From Cirrosporium novae-zelandiae (lineage: Eukaryota): a DNA stretch of 20,000 nt. Both the position numbers and the translations under genes were made by a program. The stretch spans positions 179,068-199,067 of the forward strand of contig JAPETS010000044.1 of assembly GCA_026023565.1 (NCBI GenBank), given 5' to 3'. The notes under the pieces were generated by a model. That model did no database searches. It was not told where the DNA came from and saw only the letters and a program-made list of their open reading frames with translations. Every line of letters begins with the position of its first letter. Position 1 is the first letter of the stretch. Shown in pieces: positions 11,771-20,000 of the stretch.

Positions 11771-12175
11771 GGAGAGGTGTATATATACATAAAGCACCTA
11801 TTTCGTCTAATGAATTCATAATAATTATAAAATTGGTTTTTGGTCAAAAATTTTAATCTGAGGGACTTTGATAATCTAATTATCCATAATTCTTCAAGTC
11901 CATATCCATACATACATATATACACCAAACCAGCCTTTTTACAATCCTTTCCCATGGGGGGGGGGTCAACTTCCTTCTTCCTACTCCCACATACAATATC
12001 TAAAGGTCCAAGCGAACCCCCCCCCGCAAGAGAGGAAACTAGATTAGGGACTAATTAGCTGGCATACATAGTCAATTGATCCTAGGATCAGGATGGGATG
12101 GACTAATTAGTTGATGGGAAATGAAAGGTGATATCATATCTATAGTAGCCTCCTCGACTCTTCTTCTCTGTTTTC

Positions 12176-12403
12176 TTATACATGAGCCTCGAGGTGGGAG
12201 GTAGGAGGTGTACACTCGAGTCTACTGCTCCCCTCGAATGATGGTATGGTCTTGAGGGTTGAGGGTTGCAGATATTGGATATTGATTGGATGTGGGTGTG
12301 AGTGTTGTGTAGATAGACATATACATATACATATACCTGAAATTCCAGCGCCTAAGACCAGGCTAGGTCGTACAGGTTCGTCGTCGTCCTCGAGATGGAA
12401 CAT
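12176..12403 (-). pseudogene. Possible degenerate N-terminal fragment of a flavin-dependent (FMO/Baeyer-Villiger-type) monooxygenase
   Basis: The 75-aa ORF contains DDEPVRPSLVLGAGISGI, a GxGxxG FAD-binding Rossmann motif (12352-12335). It resembles the start of fungal BVMO/FMO proteins and runs straight into an ATATGT microsatellite. No downstream family motifs are recognisable. Confidence 0.3.
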
Positions 12404-13121
12404 GGAATAGGTCCAGTGATATATATATAGGTACCTAGGTAAGTAAACTATTCCTTCAATCTTCTAAATCGGAGTTCTATTGCTAGTATATAGGACATGT
12501 CATTTCCTTGCAAAGAATAGGAAAGATGATGAGAGTCGTCTTTCTTGCTCGGGTTTGGTTGGATTGGGTCGTTTGGAGATTGCTGGAAGTCTATGCTGGC
12601 GCTGAGGTTGGGGTGGAGTAGGGGGAAGAAATTGAGTGGATTAGTTGCTGTGGAGGGAGTGAAGATTTTGAGTGATAATATAATGGGGGGTATTGGGTTG
12701 GCTGTTTGTTTCGAAGATTGGTGGAATATTGGAGGTAGGTTGATGGCGAAGAATTAGATCCACTAGCTAACATTGTTTAGGAAAATAGAGATTTTGAGAA
12801 TTCGATTGTTTACAAAAGAAAGTTAGGAAAGCCATGAGGGGAACAGAAAAATGACTTTGGAGAAGCTTTCAAATAAAATAAAATTTCGACTTGAAGACCT
12901 CCCCGAAGTCTAAAGGGCAAAAATCAGTTGCGGATAATTATGTGAAAACTGATTTTGTTTGAAGGCTTTTCCAAGGCCATTTTTCTGGGTCTAGTCGCTT
13001 TCATTTTAATTTTTCTCAAAAGGTATATAATGCGCCGTCCAACATGCAAACCACCCTTGGGCCTAGAAGCCGGGGTGGTAAAGTTGCACGTATAAATGTT
13101 CAAACATCATTAGGCAATATT

Positions 13122-14364
13122 TTACGATGTATATGCCTTTTTGAGAGCATTTGTCGTGTCATCAACATACTCCTTTGCCTTGTCAAGTTCCCCGTCCCAA
13201 TGTGCGAATGGATGGCATACTCCTTTGTAAACCTTTACTGTGCTTGGAGTACCAGCTTTGTTCAAAACTTCATTGTATGCAACAGCTTCAGAGCAAAGAC
13301 AATCAAATTCTGCACAATGAATTGATGCCGGAGCGAGATTGGCATGGGATGAGGCTAGGATGGGAGATGCGATCCACATGTCAGTCGCTTCTTTACGTTT
13401 CTCTTTGAAATTTGGTCAGCCAGTAAGGAGATAATGAGAGAAAGCTGATTTATCCTCACCAGGATCAGTTCCCAGCCAGAGGTTATGAAACCAACGCATC
13501 CTCTGAAGTGGTAGGCATGGGACGTTTTCACAAGTAATATACGTTTCATAAGGTGTTGTTTTAGGATCGCATGAGCCTTCTACTGGCGTTGTTCTCGCGT
13601 CCACACATGGCACGATTAGCATCTGGAGCTTGAGGGGAGGCATGCCTGGTTCATCCCGAGCAAGCAGAGCAAGGACAGCAGAGAGGTGCCCGCCAGCGGA
13701 TAGACCGCCGACAGACACACGAGAGCTGTCAATACCCAACTTGTCCGCTTCTGCAAATACCCATTTCAATGCCGCCCAAGAATCCCAAATCTGGATAGGA
13801 AACTTGTACTCCGGAGCAAGCCTATAATCGACATCCACAATAATACAGCCGACACGCTGGCAAACCTGGCGACACCAGGATTGATCCGAATGAAGACCAC
13901 CTATGACCCAGCCGCCTGTCCATTATCCTGTCAGCTGTTGGAAACTATTAAATTTACTTGACAAAGGCATACCGCCATGGTAGTTGACATGAGCTGGAAG
14001 TTTCCCATCGGCGGTCTTTAGTCCCCCAGACGTTATGGCATCCGCTGTCGGTACATAGACCTTGACCAGAATTTCGCCATCTGGTTCCTTTACTTTGACT
14101 TTATATATGGTCGCACTTCCAACATCAGGACTGGGTCCCGGTGCGATGAAAAACGTATATTTAGAGGTATTTTTTCTGTATTCTTCAATTGTGACTTGAT
14201 CGGCCCGGATTTTGGGTGCTGGAGATTCAATGAGCAGGGTTACTTCTGGTCAAGTATTTTTTTTTGAGTTTACCTTGATGTTTCGTATAAATTTGGACAA
14301 ATTGGGGATCAAGCTTATCGATGAATTCTGGGAGAATTGGGTTAATAAGATCTACCTGGGCCAT
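13122..14364 (-). CDS. Alpha/beta hydrolase, hormone-sensitive-lipase (Abhydrolase_3) family esterase/amidase, ~357 aa, 4 exons
   Basis: Exons 14364-14274, 14218-13973, 13915-13460 and 13402-13122 total 1074 nt. Motifs: oxyanion hole YHGGGW (spanning intron 2), VDYRLAPEYKFP, nucleophile elbow GLSAGG, acid residue in AEFDCL and His in YKGVCHPF. No signal peptide is evident (starts MAQVDLINPILPEF). Confidence 0.93.
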
Positions 14365-14554
14365 GGTTACTGATTTGCGACAACAGCAAGATGCGACAAG
14401 AATGACAAGCAGTGAGATGTGTCTCCATTATTAAGAGCATATTCAGGGAGAGAGGAGGGGCAATAAATAGAAATACACTTGATCCTTCGCGAACTCGATA
14501 CACTACGAGGATTTGGAGTAGCTGTCAAACTTTCTGTTAAGCTGCGACAGATGA

Positions 14555-14807
14555 CGATAAGCAATTGACATTGGCCCCTCTCGCCCACCCACTCAACTTC
14601 GGTATACCTCGCACTCCTCCGTTATCAACTTTATCTTTCAATGGCAGTACAACAGTAACTACCTAGGTACTATCTACAAATCAAGTAATAATTATTTTTC
14701 ACTAATTACTTGATACTACCGTTTATCTTCCTGTTATCTATCCCACGCAGCATTCTGTTTATCAATTGAAAAATAAATGATCAGCATGAATTATCAACAC
14801 TTTATCT
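14555..14807. promoter_or_regulatory. Cluster of HGATAR (GATA-factor, AreA/NIT2-type) sites in the bidirectional hydrolase/MFS promoter
   Basis: CGATAA at 14555, TTATCA 14622, TTATCT 14631, CTATCT 14670, TTATCT 14723, TTATCT 14734, TTATCA 14759, TTATCA 14791 and TTATCT 14802, all within the 577-bp divergent intergenic region. Confidence 0.7.
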
Positions 14808-14941
14808 ATGTCGGAGATCCGTCGCAATATAAGGAGCCCCTCTGCCTCCAATAGCTCTGAGCGCCTTAAGCCGATCAATTTGCTGTTAAATTTTCCTGTC
14901 GATATATCCTCAAGCCCTCTCAAGGCACAACAGTCGTCGAT

Positions 14942-16573
14942 ATGGCTGACCTAGAGTCCGCCAAGGGACACGATATCGATGTCAAACATCCGACAATAGA
15001 AGCAAGTTCGACTCAAGTCAGCGGAGAGTTGCCAGAAGTAGGACAATTGGAGAGTTATCATGTCGACAAGAATCTTGAGAAGACTCTTCTACGGAAGTTG
15101 GATATTCATGTTCTCCCTCTGCTCGCCATCATGTACCTGTTCAAGTGCGTTCTTCCTTTGACCCCCGTTTTAATTATTATCCACTGACAGCTCAATGCTT
15201 ATAGCTCCATTGACAAATCGAACCTTGGAAATGCAAAGACCGATGGCCTAGAGGAAGACCTTCACTTTGTCGGCAACCAATACAATATTTTGATGTCAAT
15301 TTTCTATGTCCCATTCGTCCTGACTGGCCCTGCAATGAACATGCTCACGAAGAAGTTTGGCGCAAAATACATTCTCCCTTCTGCCATGCTTATATTTGGA
15401 GGAATGGCCATGATTAGTGCTGCGACCACCAACTTTGGAGGCCTTGTTACAACCAGATGGTTCCTTGGTATGGCCGAATCCGGATTCTACCCGGGAGTCA
15501 TCTTCTACCTAACCACCTTCTATAAGAGAAGCGAATTGGCTGGCAGATTGAGCATTTACTATGCGGCATCTGAAATCGCGAGTGCCTTTACAGGTCTCAT
15601 TGCCTATGGAGTTTTCCAGATCGATGGAGCACTCCAAGGCTGGCAGTATTTATTCCTCGTTGAAGGCTCGCTCACAGTTGCAGCGGGAATTGTTGCTCTC
15701 TTCGTTCTCCCAAAGTCATCAGCCACGGCATATTTTCTGACCGAGGAAGAGAAAAAGCTGGCTTATCACCGGATGGCATTTGATTCATCCACAGTTGTCG
15801 ATGCCAAATTCAGCTTCCGTCAAGCAATCAAGGTCTTTAGACAGGACAAACTCTGGCCATTTTACATGATGATTGGGTTTGGTGTCGGTGTACCTCTGTT
15901 TTCCGTGTCAAACTTTCTACCCCAGATTGTGGAACGATTGGGATACAACACGGTGAAAACCAATTTATACACTGTCGCACCCACGATCGTAGGGTCTGTG
16001 TTCCTCGTATGTGTCGCATTCTCTTCCGACCACTTTGGGGATCGTGCTATCCATCTGGCTGTCTGTCTCATGATCACTTGTGTTGGTTTTATTGTTCTTG
16101 CCTGCATAGATGTCGCCAATAACGTAGGTGTGGGGTACTTTTGCTGCTTCCTGTTGTGCTGCGGAGGTTATATCACATCTCCCCTGCTCAGTACTTGGTA
16201 TAACAACAACACTCTGGATGAGAACCAGCGTGCAATTCTTACTCCAGTTCTAGTCGCTTCGGGTAAGCAAATCTTCTTATTTAGCAACAGCATTTAACTA
16301 ATATTTTGTTTAGCTAATGCCATGGGCCTCGTGAGTTCAAATATCTTCCGTGAGCAGGATGCACCTGACTACACTCTCGCCTGCATTATATCCGCTTGCT
16401 TTGGTGCTGCGGGATCCCTCCTCACTTTGGGCGTGGGTTTTTATATGAAGATGGATAACCGGAAGAGAAACAAAGCGCAAGGGGTCAACATTAAAGCTGT
16501 TGATGTTAGCACAGCCGAGCTCCAGAATGGCCAGAAGGATCCAAACTGGAGGTGGATGGGCGGAATACCTTGA
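14942..16573 (+). CDS. MFS transporter, anion:cation symporter family (TNA1/DAL5-like), ~506 aa, 3 exons
   Basis: Exons 14942-15144, 15205-16262 and 16314-16573 total 1521 nt. Family motifs: EKTLLRKLDIHVLP, IDKSNLGNAKTDGL, RWFLGMAESGFYPG, YLTTFYKRSELAGR, GWQYLFLVEG, FLTEEEK and NRKR. Confidence 0.95.
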
Positions 16574-18051
16574 ATAAGTAATTATATAAAAGTTATAATA
16601 TTAATTACAATATTTTATTCCACTCTTGATTTTATTCTTTCCAGATGGATAAACGAGGCAGGGACATAGACTAGAGATTAAAGAGTAAGGGGATGATATG
16701 ACTCATGAAAAGCTACGAAGTAGTAACTAAGGATTGAAACAGCCTAACTTCACTTATGAGCTGGAAATAATTATATAACAGCCTAAAGTACCAGTCACCG
16801 GAAGATTTTATATCCGGAGTGCTGACTTTCAAACACTTGAAATAAAGCTCTAACAAAAACAAACGAAAATATATTCATTCAAGTAACTTGAATCATATAC
16901 CCGTGTCGTTAAACCTAGTCTAACGTTTTCCTTTGTCGTTGTCTTTGTCTGATATCGAATTGCCATCCAAATAATCAGGCTTGTTGACTGCCATTCAATG
17001 GGTAGGCCGAGCTTGGGATGTTCATGGACATTTGCTGCCTACCCAAATGAGCGTTAGAATAAATATAAGTCTTTGCACCCTATATGTAATGGTTCAATCA
17101 CGACAGCAAAGATAAGAGGTGTTCAAGACTAGGAAAAATAGGAATTCGGATATCGAACATGTTCTTGAATCTGGCTAATGGGCACGGTGAGCTGAAAAGT
17201 GATACAAATCTAAGAACGATGTGAAGAGAGGAGAAAATAAACGAAGGATATCTCTAGAATTAGAGGAGCCAATTTACTGTCGCAGAGGATGGTTAATCCT
17301 TTCTTTGATACACTTTGACCCCAGCTGCAGTTACCCACTGGAACCATACTGCACTCGAGCTGTGAACTAGTCGTCTCAAGAGGACTGACTGCTTGCTTTA
17401 ACACAGAGGATATAGCAGCATCTTTCAGCTCGAAAGAAAAATCTTCCCCACTGGTCAAATAACAGACCTCCATACTGCTCATACCTTTTCAACCTGTCTT
17501 TTCAAATACTCCCGAGACCATCACAACAAGTGATGAAAGACATCTTCAAGGCATAAAAGAACTGCCCACAAAGATCTGTATTACTTCTTATTCTATCCTT
17601 CTTCCCACATACTGTGTCTTATCTCTCAGAAGGCTCCAATGCACAGACACTTTGTGCTACCATTACTGAAGGCTTTGATCTGTGGCTATTTAGGAAAAGC
17701 TAAATCATGTCCTTTCGGTCTGCATTCCTTGCACTGTCACTATAATATCGGTAACTGGCTATTTTCCTAAGATCAGTTTTGGGAAAATATCTCGAGATTC
17801 TAGAACTAGGGATTGGAGTCATTCAGCATATCTCTGGGCTTAAGGAACCTCTTTTGAATGTCGTTGGATAGAGAATTATCCTGACCAAAACCTCGTGATA
17901 TTCTCTGTCGGTTCTTCATATTTCCTGCTGCTCAAGCTCGGTTTGTGTGTTCACATATTTATTGACCGGAACTATTTTTCTAATCTGGGGCCTTAGAACA
18001 GAAAGTAGGAGCCTCGAAACCGCATATAAAGCCCATAATTGATTCTTCTGT

Positions 18052-18121
18052 GTGAGTATTGTTTGCCTAACATCACATACTTGTTTTATATATGCTATTA
18101 TGATTAATAACTATACTCTAG
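18052..18121 (+). other. Probable 5'-UTR intron of the CCCH gene
   Basis: GTGAGT at 18052 and CTCTAG ending at 18121 define 70 nt, 39 nt upstream of the ATG. An in-frame TGA at 18040 in the upstream exon makes it non-coding. TATAAA lies at 18025-18030. Confidence 0.45.
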
Positions 18122-18160
18122 GTAACGACTATTAACATAAAATCAATAAAAAATACCACC

Positions 18161-19164
18161 ATGCCTCAAAAGAATAATCTTCCATACCGTCAGAATGGAG
18201 GTGCCCCTTCACCTTCTGCCAATAACCCTCAGGGTTCCGATACCAGCTCAAAGATATCGGAAACGAAGATACCCATAACTTGCTATTTTTGGTTTGAGGG
18301 TGGATGTACCAAATCGGCAGACGAGTGCCTCTTCGCTCATTATTCTACAGGGAGAGTTGCCTATAAACCAAAACGTATTAATGGTAACAGTGAGGGCTTT
18401 CAATGGTTATATTGGCTGTGACACTGATCACTAATGATTGCGCAGAACAAAATCCTGGTAAAGGATTATATGAATCAAGACGAACTGCGAAATGTGGGGC
18501 TAGCAAAAAAGATGACAGAAACGGTACTCGACAGGCTACTACTATAGATCATCTCACCACCTCTGAAATGGAGAGCGTCACAATAAATGATGGGATTATG
18601 GCCCAGAAAACACAGCCAGCAGTTACAGTGAACCACATCGAGACTATACAGTCATATCCTCTTCTGGAATCTTCTGTTAAAAACCAAGAAGCTGGGGAGA
18701 ATCAATCATCTGCTGAGAATACAACCCAGTTATTGTCAACTCATGGAGATAACAGTCTAGCTGCCACTGTAGCGCTTACGTACCTCCAAGATACCGAATC
18801 GGATGAACAAGAACACAACAACAACAACGGCCAAGCAACCCCCAGGGCCTCCACACTCCCCCCCCCAATCGATTCCTCCAACTCTCCACACAACAAAAGA
18901 TCCATGCATAGCCTCCAAGCACCCTCGAAGACAGAATACCGCTTGCAACAATCGACCACAGCAAAGCCTATAGATACCACCAAAGTAGTTAGTAAAAGCA
19001 ACAAGCAGCAGCAGCAGCAATCGATATCTATCTTCCCCGACTCGACAACAGCCGCTCTTCTAATTCAATACCACAAGCTCCAATACAAACCCCTCATCGT
19101 CAATGGTTCAAATCCAGCTTTCCTCGCCGCTGCCGGCATACTTACATCGATAAAATATCGATAA
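18161..19164 (+). CDS. CCCH zinc-finger protein with low-complexity S/T/Q/N-rich C-terminus, ~315 aa, 2 exons
   Basis: ACCACC-ATG start context. Exon 1 (18161-18389) encodes TCYFWFEGGCTKSADECLFAH (C-x7-C-x6-C-x3-H). Intron 18390-18445 (GTGAGG...CTAAT...CAG) joins in frame to ORF 18403-19164. An alternative same-phase donor exists at 18384. Confidence 0.75.
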
Positions 19165-19177
19165 TTTCAAACCCCCG

Positions 19178-20000
19178 ATTGATGATGATGATGATGGCAC
19201 ACCAACCGCACCGGTTCTGATGATTTGATGATTTTCGAAACCCTGCAAGGAATGAAATGAATGAATGAATGAATGGAGAGTGAGCGAAAATGAGCCGGGT
19301 TTCCCTTCCCTTCCCTTCTCATCCAACTAAGCAAAGTTATTTGAAGGGTTTGGAGGGATGTGAGTGTGTATGTATGTATGTATGTATGTTATGTGTGAAG
19401 AAGGCGGCTATGAGTGATGATGAGAGTGGATGTTTCTTTTTCTTTTCCCTTGTTGGTAAATAGATTACCTACACTATAACATATTATTGAATTAAAAAAA
19501 AAGATTATTAAAAATTCATGAATGTGGCGGGGGACTAAAAAAAAAATCCAATCATCTGGTTAAGGGTAGGGTAGCTAGTAATAGCATCATCATCATCAAA
19601 GAGTCAGAATAGATTTTTATTTATTCTATTTTTTTATGGAATGAAGATAAAAATGAGGCTAGACGTATATAAATAATTTCAAAATGTTTAGCTAACTTGA
19701 TAGGCTAATTATTAAAGGTTGTGCTGCTAATACTAAGTACGTGACATTGAATAAGACGTAAATGGGGGTTTATAATCTATCCATCTAAGCTACAGTATCT
19801 ATGGGTAGCTTATTTTCCATTTATTTATTTTCGCCAAAATATTATTCGAGAAGAAGAAGAAGATTAAATTAAATTAAATTTATTATTTTATATAATAAAA
19901 GTTAGCTTTGATGAAGAAGAAGAAAAAAATTGGAATAAAATCTAGCTACTCTGACTTTCTGATGAAGTTGTTGGGGAAATGGGGGGGGGGGGGGGGAAGA
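19178..20000. repeat. AT-rich low-complexity intergenic region with microsatellites
   Basis: (GAT)n at ~19181-19195, (GAAT)n at ~19250-19274, (TATG)n at ~19369-19388, (GAA)n at ~19850-19863, (ATTAA)n at ~19863-19880 and a poly-G run at 19981-19996. Confidence 0.8.

Noticed and set aside
11515..12058. Several ORFs (146, 65 and 72 aa) in the spacer
   Set aside because: They are translations of homopolymers and microsatellites (LSLSL, FFFF, TTTT, KKKK) with no domain signal.
12545..12773. Overlapping 70-aa (+) and 60-aa (-) ORFs
   Set aside because: Strand-skewed composition explains the open frames, and there is no recognisable protein motif.
17210..17482. 90-aa minus-strand ORF
   Set aside because: No motif, no supporting exons, and a length compatible with chance.
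1..20000. Transposons, tRNA/rRNA genes, CRISPR arrays, telomeric repeats
   Set aside because: I saw no transposase or RT ORF, LTR/TIR pair, RNA gene signature, spaced repeat array or (TTAGGG)n tract.

Overview
Eukaryotic DNA from a filamentous ascomycete. This is inferred from the short 48-67 nt GT-AG introns with CTRAC-like branch sites and the Zn2Cys6 factor. The AT- and microsatellite-rich spacers resemble Sclerotiniaceae/Leotiomycetes, but I cannot verify the taxon. Seven intron-containing genes splice by hand into intact frames: a Zn(II)2Cys6 transcription factor with a GC-AG first intron, two divergent tandem PhyH-family Fe(II)/2-oxoglutarate dioxygenases, an 8-exon ACT-type amino acid/amine permease, an HSL-family alpha/beta hydrolase, a divergently transcribed TNA1/DAL5-type MFS transporter, and a CCCH zinc-finger protein. 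The first six look like a candidate metabolic cluster with no PKS/NRPS core in the window. The shared hydrolase/MFS promoter holds nine HGATAR sites in about 255 bp, which suggests an AreA/NIT2-controlled pathway for scavenging nitrogen from an unknown substrate. A low-complexity spacer (10570-13121) splits the cluster and contains a G-quadruplex-like tract and a possible flavin monooxygenase relic.
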